A stretch of 24,000 bases of DNA. It comes from Desulfitobacterium hafniense DCB-2. GTDB taxonomy: Bacteria > Bacillota > Desulfitobacteriia > Desulfitobacteriales > Desulfitobacteriaceae. Location: positions 222,346-246,345 of the forward strand of contig NC_011830.1 in assembly GCF_000021925.1 (NCBI RefSeq). The letters are read 5' to 3'. Below, one piece after another: positions 1 through 6,441 of the stretch (position 1 is the stretch's first letter; every line of letters starts with the position of its first letter). The notes under the pieces are model-generated. The model was not told where the DNA came from. It saw nothing but the letters and a program-made list of their open reading frames with translations, and did not search any database. A program made the translations under genes and the position numbers.

Positions 1-327
1 AAAAGCTATGCCTGGCCGGGGAACATCCGCGAACTGCGTAATGTTGTGGAAAGGGCCATCTCCCTATCGGGATCAGAGATGGTTGAAATTTCCGATCTGC
101 CGGAAAAAGTCATTGGCGGACAAAAAAAGATTCTCCCTGAGCAGGAGAATCTGGGAGCCTTTTCTTTTCACGAGGCTAAGGATATTTGCTTGAAGAGATT
201 TGAGATGGAATACCTTAAGGAACTTTTGGACAAACATCATGGCAATATTACTCAAGCGGCCAAATCAGCCGGGATGGATCGCAAAACAATCCATAGGCTG
301 ATCAATAAGTATGATTTGCAGAGGTAG
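1..327 (+). CDS. Sigma-54-dependent transcriptional activator (NtrC / enhancer-binding protein family), C-terminal fragment; the 5' end lies outside the window
   Basis: Frame 1 is open from base 1: KSYAWPGNIRELRNVVERAIS. This is the conserved end of the AAA+ sigma-54 interaction domain (WPGN[IV]REL). A Fis-type HTH follows (GNITQAAKSAGMDRKTIHRLINKYDL). Stop TAG at 325-327. Confidence 0.85.
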   Translation, partial: KSYAWPGNIRELRNVVERAISLSGSEMVEISDLPEKVIGGQKKILPEQENLGAFSFHEAKDICLKRFEMEYLKELLDKHHGNITQAAKSAGMDRKTIHRLINKYDLQR

Positions 328-879
328 TTAAGCCTCTAGATCGTCGATAAGAATGGTGTACTCTTTGGCTTCCGTAGCTATGCCATCTTGATCTGTGGTG
401 GGAGGAATAGTTAAGTGCAATTCTTTCACAGAGGTGACTTCCTTTTCCTTGATAGGAAAAGTGATAAAGCCCTGCTGCACCCGCTGAGGAGGGTAGGTCC
501 CGCCTAAAGATGAGGTCAAGGTGAGATCCGGCGAAGCAATTTCCTTGCCGTCGATGGTCATTTCGAAATCCTCGGGATAAAATAGGACATCTTTATCGGA
601 AGTGTTTCCGATCTCTATACCTAAAGCGATTTTACCCAGGGGGGCATCTGGGTCGGGATCGGTGTTTCTTACCAAACTGACATTGATAATTCTCAATTTC
701 ATAGTATCTAAATCAACGATCTTATTGAGCTCCATGGTTTTGCTGAAAACCTCAATTTCAGGCTTCTCTTGGGGTGTGATAGGGGCAGAGCCGGGCTCTT
801 GGCCTGAGGAGCAGCCGCTGACAAAGAGAACCAGGCTTGCGGCAAGACTGAAGATGATTTTAATTGTTGCTTTTCCCAT
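328..879 (-). CDS. Putative secreted lipoprotein of unknown function
   Basis: 183-aa ORF. N-terminal signal peptide with lipobox LFVSG|C SSGQ. AAGGAGG Shine-Dalgarno (SD) 8 nt upstream of the ATG (minus strand). Its stop codon abuts the stop of the convergent activator gene. Confidence 0.7.
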   Translation of the reverse strand: MGKATIKIIFSLAASLVLFVSGCSSGQEPGSAPITPQEKPEIEVFSKTMELNKIVDLDTMKLRIINVSLVRNTDPDPDAPLGKIALGIEIGNTSDKDVLFYPEDFEMTIDGKEIASPDLTLTSSLGGTYPPQRVQQGFITFPIKEKEVTSVKELHLTIPPTTDQDGIATEAKEYTILIDDLEA

Positions 880-915
880 AAATAAAACCTCCTTATGATT
901 AGGCCTAAATAAGAA

Positions 916-944
916 AACTCTTGCTTTTGAGCAGGAGTTTTTTT
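916..944 (+). terminator. Intrinsic terminator-like hairpin, possibly bidirectional
   Basis: 9-bp stem aactcttgc (916-924) / gcaggagtt (931-939) with one G-U pair and a 6-nt loop. A T7 run follows (938-944). The minus-strand side is followed by a weaker T-rich tract. Confidence 0.55.
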
Positions 945-1060
945 ATTGCTCAGAGACCTCCTTAGATTTTAATGCAAATAGCGTACCAACTTAATTTTAG
1001 ATAATCTGCCGCTATGTCCGAGGATAAGAGAGCATAGTGAGACATTTCTGGGACAATCGA

Positions 1061-1076
1061 GGGACATTGATGCCCC
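1061..1076. promoter_or_regulatory. Candidate enhancer (UAS) dyad for a sigma-54 activator
   Basis: Imperfect palindrome GGGaCATtgATGcCCC about 120 bp upstream of the predicted sigma-54 start. It sits within phased GGACA repeats (GACA at 1041, 1052, 1063, 1082). It is flanked by the 9-bp inverted repeat GCTATGTCC (1011-1019) / GGACATAGC (1081-1089). Confidence 0.3.
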
Positions 1077-1162
1077 AACAGGACATAGCTTCGCTTCACA
1101 AAGATATCCCAAAACATTCACAGAACGTTCACATAGCTGCTGATAAGCAGTTTTAGTTTTGT

Positions 1163-1178
1163 TGGCACAATAATTGCA
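1163..1178 (+). promoter_or_regulatory. Sigma-54 (RpoN) -24/-12 promoter
   Basis: TGGCAC-aataa-TTGCA matches the TGGCAC-N5-TTGCW consensus exactly, with GG-N10-GC spacing. It lies 87 nt upstream of the first gene of the array and 0.8 kb from a sigma-54 activator gene. Confidence 0.7.
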
Positions 1179-1264
1179 AAAACGAATTTAGTAACAATCT
1201 TCTCAAGCTTCTCGATGACAAAGGTATAGTCTTAGCACTAGGCAACATTGGGCATGGAGGTGAA

Positions 1265-2470
1265 ATGATGTTTGCAAAACTAATTTGGCGGAATGCCAAA
1301 AGACGGCTCTGGCAGCAGGGGCTCACCCTGTTTGTCGTCGTAGCCTGCGCTGCCGCCCTGACAGCCGGGATACTGTTGGTCTGGGGCATTGAGAAAGGGG
1401 GCCAAAGTGCCGTCGATAATCTGGGAGCGGATGTTATGGCTATACCGGCGGATGCCCACCTTGAACCAGGTCAGGTGCTGTTTACCGGGGCTCCTGCCAA
1501 TATCTATATGAATTCAGAAGTATTGAAGGAGATTGAGAAGGTGCCCGGTGTGGAAGCCATATCGGCACAATTCTTCAGCCAGACGCTTAATCAGGGCTGT
1601 TGCAGCCTTCCGGAAGAATACCGGCTGGTTGGCTATGATCCACAGACGGACTTTCTGATCAGGGACTTATTGGCGAAGGGAGTGGGCAGGGATTTAAAGA
1701 ACACGGAGGTTATTGTGGGCGGGAATGTGCCTGCTTTTCTAGGGGACCGGGTGGTGGTTTTAGCTGAACCCTTTGATGTTGCCGGTTACCTGGAACCCAT
1801 GGGAGGAAGTATTGACGACACGATCTTTGTGCCCATTGCAACGGCCCGGAGACTGGCCGGAAAAAGTCCCTATTTACAGGAATATTGGCAGGAGGCCGGG
1901 AGCCCGGAACAGTTGGTTTCGTCGGTATTGATTAAAACAAAAGATGGGGCTGATCCGAATCAAGTTGCCAAAGCTATCGATAGGATCAGTGGAATTAAAA
2001 GCGTGGCAGCAGGGAAATTATTTTCCGAACTTAAAGAAGAATTGCTCGTGATTAAAGAAATTCTGCGTTTGCTGGTGGTCATTATTTGCGGCATTACCAT
2101 GGCCTCCCTGGCGTCACGCTATTCCTCCCTGGTACTGGAGAGACAGCAGGAATTGGCTCTGTTGCGGGCACTGGGAACGGAAAGAGGGAACCTATTTAAG
2201 CTGGTCATGCTGGAAACCCTTTGCAGCGGACTGGCGGCTGCAGTCATGGGATGCCTGGCTGGATATGGCTTGGTTCTTTATCTGGCAAAGTCCCTGAGCA
2301 AGCACAGCTCCTTCCCCTTCATGCTGCCTGGGGCGGCTCAGCTTTGTGCCGCTGGCTTGGGGATTATCGCTTTTGTTCTTCTCATCTGCTGTTTAGCCGC
2401 CTTCTGGCCGGCCAGAAGTTCGTCACGCTTGGATCCCGTAACCGCTCTAACTGAAGGAGAGCTGAGGTAG
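1265..2470 (+). CDS. ABC transporter permease, FtsX/MacB-type (4 TM with a large extracytoplasmic domain)
   Basis: 401 aa. It has an N-terminal TM, an extracytoplasmic domain of about 230 aa (containing NQGCCSLPEE), then 3 C-terminal TMs. This topology is typical of the FtsX/MacB/LolC family. GGAGGTG SD upstream; ATG at 1265 or 1268. Confidence 0.85.
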   Translation: MMFAKLIWRNAKRRLWQQGLTLFVVVACAAALTAGILLVWGIEKGGQSAVDNLGADVMAIPADAHLEPGQVLFTGAPANIYMNSEVLKEIEKVPGVEAISAQFFSQTLNQGCCSLPEEYRLVGYDPQTDFLIRDLLAKGVGRDLKNTEVIVGGNVPAFLGDRVVVLAEPFDVAGYLEPMGGSIDDTIFVPIATARRLAGKSPYLQEYWQEAGSPEQLVSSVLIKTKDGADPNQVAKAIDRISGIKSVAAGKLFSELKEELLVIKEILRLLVVIICGITMASLASRYSSLVLERQQELALLRALGTERGNLFKLVMLETLCSGLAAAVMGCLAGYGLVLYLAKSLSKHSSFPFMLPGAAQLCAAGLGIIAFVLLICCLAAFWPARSSSRLDPVTALTEGELR

Positions 2471-2478
2471 GGGGTACT

Positions 2479-3192
2479 ATGGAAATATCGTTAAAAAACA
2501 TTACACACTACTACCGGGATGGGACGGGAGATCAGGTTACCCCCCTAAGAAACATTGACTTAACTATGAGGAGCGGGGATTCTCTCGTGCTCTATGGGCC
2601 GTCAGGTTGTGGCAAGAGTACGCTGTTGTTTATCCTGGGTTGCCTGTTAAGACCCTCGGAAGGACAGGTGGATATAGACGGGCGTTCCCTCCTCCACTAT
2701 GGGGAAAAAGAGTTAGCCGAATTGAGAAATCGGAAGATGGGCTTCATGTTCCAGGCGTGCTATCTGCTTCCCACCTTGACCGTCAAGGAAAATATCATGC
2801 TTCCTTTCTGGATTCAGGGAGGGAAAGCAAGGGATGGCAGGACGGAAAAGAAAACGGTTGAGCTTTTGCTGGAACAGCTGGAGTTGACGGAACGGGCTGA
2901 TTTTTTACCTTATCAGTTAAGCGGCGGCCAGAGGCGCCGGGTGGCTATGGCCAGGGCTTTGGCTAATGACCCGGAGGTGATTCTGGCTGATGAACCCACG
3001 GCGGAACTTGATGAGGAGAAAAAGGACTTTGTGGGAAAGTGGCTGGGGGAGCAGGCCGGAAAAAAGAAGATTGTTGTGGTTGCTACTCACGATCCGCAAT
3101 TAGCGGTTTATGCCGGACGGGTTTATAGCTTAAGTCAGGGGCAGTTACAGGAAAAGATTTTGGGAAAGGGAGCCGTTTATAGCTCAGGATAG
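2479..3192 (+). CDS. ABC transporter ATP-binding protein (MacB/LolD-like)
   Basis: Walker A GPSGCGKST, Q-loop FQ, signature LSGGQRRRV, Walker B ILADEPT, H-loop ATHD. It starts 8 nt after the permease gene. Confidence 0.9.
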   Translation: MEISLKNITHYYRDGTGDQVTPLRNIDLTMRSGDSLVLYGPSGCGKSTLLFILGCLLRPSEGQVDIDGRSLLHYGEKELAELRNRKMGFMFQACYLLPTLTVKENIMLPFWIQGGKARDGRTEKKTVELLLEQLELTERADFLPYQLSGGQRRRVAMARALANDPEVILADEPTAELDEEKKDFVGKWLGEQAGKKKIVVVATHDPQLAVYAGRVYSLSQGQLQEKILGKGAVYSSG

Positions 3193-3223
3193 GCGCTATC
3201 CAAGTGATGGTGAGGTTAAATGA

Positions 3224-3679
3224 ATGGAGGTTAAACTTTTGAACGGAAAAGTAACTAAGGTTATTGGCGGTTTGGGGGCGGCGCTGGGTCTATTGACCGC
3301 CTTGACTCCGTTCCAGCTTGCCCCGGTTTGTCAACGATTGTTGGAACTAACCTCAGGCAAGATGACCCATATGCGCTGCCATTATACAGGCCAAGGGGAG
3401 GTGTTTTTAGGCATAGTCGTTGTTTTGGTCTCCTTGATCTATCTGTTCAACACATCCATTCCCGCTCAAAAAGCCTTGGGTGGTGTGCTGATGATTTTGG
3501 GGTGTGCTGTAATTATCCTGCCTACAAATCTGGGAATTGGCGTCTGCATGAACCCGATGGAGTGCCATACCACCGCCAGAGTTCTCTATGTCCTGGGAAG
3601 TTTGACAATAATTGATGGGTTGGTTGCGGTCTTCCAGGAAAAGCTCCCTGTTTCGCCTTCTAAAGACATTAAGGCTTGA
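3224..3679 (+). CDS. Small 4-TM membrane protein, DUF4418-like, with Cys/Met/His-rich outward loops
   Basis: 151 aa with four hydrophobic helices. By the positive-inside rule, loops PVCQ...MTHMRCHYTGQ and GVCMNPMECHTT face outside. The pattern resembles my memory of the DUF4418 family (PF14387). The family assignment is from recollection, not a search. Confidence 0.65.
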   Translation: MEVKLLNGKVTKVIGGLGAALGLLTALTPFQLAPVCQRLLELTSGKMTHMRCHYTGQGEVFLGIVVVLVSLIYLFNTSIPAQKALGGVLMILGCAVIILPTNLGIGVCMNPMECHTTARVLYVLGSLTIIDGLVAVFQEKLPVSPSKDIKA

Positions 3680-3728
3680 TCAAGGAAATTTGCTCCTCTT
3701 AGAGGATGGACAAAGGAGGTTGAATCAT

Positions 3729-4046
3729 TTGCGGGGGTTGGTCACCGGAAAATTAAGCAAGGCTTTAGGGCTCAATATGGTTGTCGTTGGTTTGGTAATG
3801 GGATTTGCTCTTTTTGCATCCTATGCTGTTCCTCTTCCGGAAAAAGCAGAGGCCGCAGGGCAAGCAGGATATCTTACCTTTCAGTCGACCTGCACAGCCT
3901 GCCATACCGTGGATACTGTGCAGAATTATCAAGGTTCTTCCACTTGGCCGGAAATTATTGGCTTGATGAAGGGCTATGGGGCTTTCATGCAAGAGGAAGA
4001 GGAAGCAGAGATTCTTCAGTATTTGGAGGAAGCTTACCCCAGATAA
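3729..4046 (+). CDS. Membrane-anchored monohaem cytochrome c
   Basis: Single CXXCH motif (CTACH) after an N-terminal TM helix (VVVGLVMGFALFASYAV). I prefer the TTG start at 3729, 9 nt after AAGGAGG (3713-3719). The track start at 3612 overlaps the upstream gene by 68 nt. ATG at 3777 is an alternative. Confidence 0.75.
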   Translation: MRGLVTGKLSKALGLNMVVVGLVMGFALFASYAVPLPEKAEAAGQAGYLTFQSTCTACHTVDTVQNYQGSSTWPEIIGLMKGYGAFMQEEEEAEILQYLEEAYPR

Positions 4047-4080
4047 AGTAGGGTTCTAAGGAGGAATGGGGGATTAAAGT

Positions 4081-4314
4081 ATGAGTTTTTTTAATGAAGA
4101 AGGGGATAAGGAAGGTTTTGTGGTTTTGGCACTGGGAATATGGGCGGCCATAACTCTGGTCTTCATGATCGCCAGGAGCTGGGCAGCAGGAAACGCCTAT
4201 TGGGTAGCCATTTTTATGGGGTTAATTTGCTTTGCAGCCGCTTTTTCAGTTTATACATGGAGAGTTTTGATTCTGGACCGTAAAGGGGGTATGGAAAATG
4301 GAGAACAACAATAA
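4081..4314 (+). CDS. Small 2-TM membrane protein of unknown function, translationally coupled to the Rieske gene
   Basis: 77 aa with two hydrophobic helices. AAGGAGG SD at 4059-4065. Its 3' end overlaps the Rieske start by 17 nt. Confidence 0.5.
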   Translation: MSFFNEEGDKEGFVVLALGIWAAITLVFMIARSWAAGNAYWVAIFMGLICFAAAFSVYTWRVLILDRKGGMENGEQQ

Positions 4315-4744
4315 AGGGGAAATATCAAGACGCAAATTCCTCGGCATCATGACCGGGGTACCCTTGGTTTTGAGTGTGGGAACCCCCGCAGTTGCAGTAG
4401 GAAAGATGATCAGTCCCCCCGAGGCCTTAAGGCCCCTTCCTCCGCGAATGGCAATTCTCAAGGAAGATGAACTTTTGGAGAAGCCCAAAGAAATCATCTA
4501 TGATGGCCTTCCCGCTATGATCTTCAAAAAAGGCAATGAATATCGGGCCTTTTCCAGGGTCTGCACCCATCTCGGCTGCACGGTAATGTGGAATGAGGCG
4601 GAGAAACGCTTTGAATGCCCTTGTCATGGCGGCATATTCGATGAAGACGGGAATGTTCTGGAGGGACCGCCGCCCAAACCTTTAACCCGTTTAAGGGCCT
4701 GGGTGGAAGATGGTTATGTCATGGTGCAAAGGGAGGTTGTTTAG
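4298..4744 (+). CDS. Rieske [2Fe-2S] iron-sulfur protein with a Tat signal
   Basis: Twin-arginine motif SRRKFLG. Rieske box I CTHLGC and box II CPCHGG. Confidence 0.9.
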   Translation: MENNNKGEISRRKFLGIMTGVPLVLSVGTPAVAVGKMISPPEALRPLPPRMAILKEDELLEKPKEIIYDGLPAMIFKKGNEYRAFSRVCTHLGCTVMWNEAEKRFECPCHGGIFDEDGNVLEGPPPKPLTRLRAWVEDGYVMVQREVV

Positions 4745-4745
4745 C

Positions 4746-5384
4746 GTGGCGATTGAACCTAAAGAGGTCGGAGTAAAAGACATGTTTAAGGAAATCGCTG
4801 AACATCCTGTCCCCAGGCATGCCCGTAATTTCATATTCTGTTTTGGCGGGATCTCCTTTCTGTTGTTCTTGGTTCAGGTTGTTACAGGTATCGTGCTGGC
4901 GGTTTACTATAACCCGACCATGGAAGGCGCCTATCAGAGCGTGATGTTTATCAATGATGAAGTTTTCATGGGCAAAGCTTTGCGTTCGGTTCATAACATT
5001 GCGGCTAACCTGATGCTGATTATGGTGGTTCTGCATTTCTTGCGGGTTGTGTTTACCGGCGCCTACAAGCCGCCTCGTCAGTTCAATTGGGTAGTGGGTG
5101 TGCTCCTGCTGCTTTTAGTCATTTTATTCTGTTTCACAGGCTATCTTTTGCCGCTGGATCAGGTGGGTTACTGGGCGGCAATTATCGGCACCAAGATATT
5201 GGGGTCAATTCCTATCGTCGGTGATCAGCTCTTGTTGCTGGGCCAGGCCGGAACCAAGATTACGGACCATACCCTGATGAGGTTCTTTATTATCCATATC
5301 GTAGTACTGCCGGTGGTTGTCATAGTGTTGCTGATTGCGCACTTTTTAATGATTCGTAAACAGGGGATTTCCGGTCCACTGTAG
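4746..5384 (+). CDS. qcrB: Cytochrome b, b6/QcrB type (N-terminal four-helix half of cytochrome b)
   Basis: Haem ligands H-x13-H (VHNIAANLMLIMVVLH) and H-x14-H (HIVVLPVVVIVLLIAH). FCFGG Cys equivalent to the covalent-haem Cys of b6 / Bacillus QcrB. The C-terminus AHFLMIRKQGISGPL closely matches Bacillus QcrB. GTG start at 4746 lies 9 nt after AGGGAGG; ATG at 4782 is an alternative. Confidence 0.9.
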   Translation: MAIEPKEVGVKDMFKEIAEHPVPRHARNFIFCFGGISFLLFLVQVVTGIVLAVYYNPTMEGAYQSVMFINDEVFMGKALRSVHNIAANLMLIMVVLHFLRVVFTGAYKPPRQFNWVVGVLLLLLVILFCFTGYLLPLDQVGYWAAIIGTKILGSIPIVGDQLLLLGQAGTKITDHTLMRFFIIHIVVLPVVVIVLLIAHFLMIRKQGISGPL

Positions 5385-5396
5385 GAGGTGATGATA

Positions 5397-5792
5397 ATGG
5401 ACATCAATAAAAAGGAATTGGATAAGGATACGGTACCCTTTTTTCCAAACCATTTAACCACTGAAGTGAGTGTAGCCCTTGGTATTCTTGGCGTTGTTTT
5501 CTTTCTGGCTGGAGTAATCCCCAAGGACTTGGGGCCGCCGGCCAATCCTGTCATGACCCCTGCCCATATTGAACCGGATTGGTATTTTATGTGGCTTTTT
5601 GGTCTGTTAAAGATTGTCCCTCAGCTTTTGGGCTTGCTGATTCCGGCCCTTCTGGTTGTAGGCGTCATCTTATTGCCATGGCTGGATAAAAGTACATCCC
5701 GCCGGCCTGAAGAAAGGCCATGGGTTATTATCGGAGCGGAGATCGTACTGATCCTAATGGTGGTTTTAACGTATATTGCCTTGCATTTTTGA
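5397..5792 (+). CDS. Cytochrome b6f subunit IV-like protein (C-terminal half of cytochrome b), not fused to a cytochrome c domain
   Basis: PFFPNHL motif and 3 TM helices typical of PetD and the QcrC N-terminal domain. ATG at 5397 lies 8 nt after AGGAGG. The track's GTG at 5388 lies inside the SD. Confidence 0.85.
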   Translation: MDINKKELDKDTVPFFPNHLTTEVSVALGILGVVFFLAGVIPKDLGPPANPVMTPAHIEPDWYFMWLFGLLKIVPQLLGLLIPALLVVGVILLPWLDKSTSRRPEERPWVIIGAEIVLILMVVLTYIALHF

Positions 5793-5849
5793 CACTGTCA
5801 GATTTTCTTTATTGTGGATTAGGAGTTGGACGCGTTTGGGGGTGAATCA

Positions 5850-6389
5850 ATGACGGGAAACGGGCGGAATAATCCATCGTTTCACTTGCTTTCAATTTTT
5901 TGCATCTGGCTGGGGATGGGTTTCTTGGTAGGGATCACAGGGAGTGTAATTGCAGCACCCCATTATGTGCTGCCGGATGATCGTGAGGCTAAGCTGGTTT
6001 ATGCATCAGGTTTGCAGCCTCAGCAGTCTGCAGGGACTCAAAGCAGCGAGCCCAGCGGTGCCTCAGGAACAGCCAGAGAAGGAGAGCTCTTTCTAAAAAA
6101 AGGCTGCACCCAGTGTCATGAAGTCAGTTATTACGGAATAGCCGGCGGTGTGACCGGTCCCGATCTTACCAAGGCGTATGGGGATGTGCCGGATCGTTTT
6201 GGAAAGACCCTCGCTGAGTTTTTACAAGAACCGGAAGGGACAATGGCTGAGATGTTTGTCAGAATGGATATTACAGATGATGAAAAAAATCAGGTTCTCG
6301 AATTATTAACGGCAGCCGGCGGAGAGACGGCCCAGCAACCAGCCGGTGAGGAGAATGAAAGTACGGAAAATACCAATAACCCGGAGTAA
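5850..6389 (+). CDS. Membrane-anchored monohaem cytochrome c with an acidic low-complexity C-terminal tail
   Basis: N-terminal TM (LLSIFCIWLGMGFLVGITGSVIA), a single CXXCH (CTQCH), and the tail AGGETAQQPAGEENESTENTNNPE. ATG at 5850 is preceded by GGGGGTG. Confidence 0.8.
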   Translation: MTGNGRNNPSFHLLSIFCIWLGMGFLVGITGSVIAAPHYVLPDDREAKLVYASGLQPQQSAGTQSSEPSGASGTAREGELFLKKGCTQCHEVSYYGIAGGVTGPDLTKAYGDVPDRFGKTLAEFLQEPEGTMAEMFVRMDITDDEKNQVLELLTAAGGETAQQPAGEENESTENTNNPE

Positions 6390-6441
6390 AGAGCGATATC
6401 GGCAATATAATAATGCAAATGTATAGGGAGGTTTTTAGCAA

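Noticed and set aside
1153-1389. 78-aa minus-strand ORF spanning the sigma-54 promoter and the permease start
   Set aside because: It has no SD, overlaps the 5' end of a well-supported gene on the other strand, and its product is low-complexity.
3612-3728. Long upstream start options in the track for the first cytochrome c. The same issue affects nosF (11828), zapA (19010), the methyltransferase (14225), the second cytochrome c (5826) and cytochrome b (4710).
   Set aside because: Each extension overlaps the preceding gene or a terminator and lacks an SD. A downstream in-frame start with a good SD gives a product beginning at the expected signal, TM or homology boundary.
6406-6411. TATAAT hexamer 30 nt upstream of nosZ as a possible internal promoter
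   Set aside because: There is no acceptable -35 (GGAGTA at the 17-nt position) and no TG extension. An isolated AT-rich hexamer is expected by chance. I did not call it, though a weak internal promoter cannot be excluded without start-site data.
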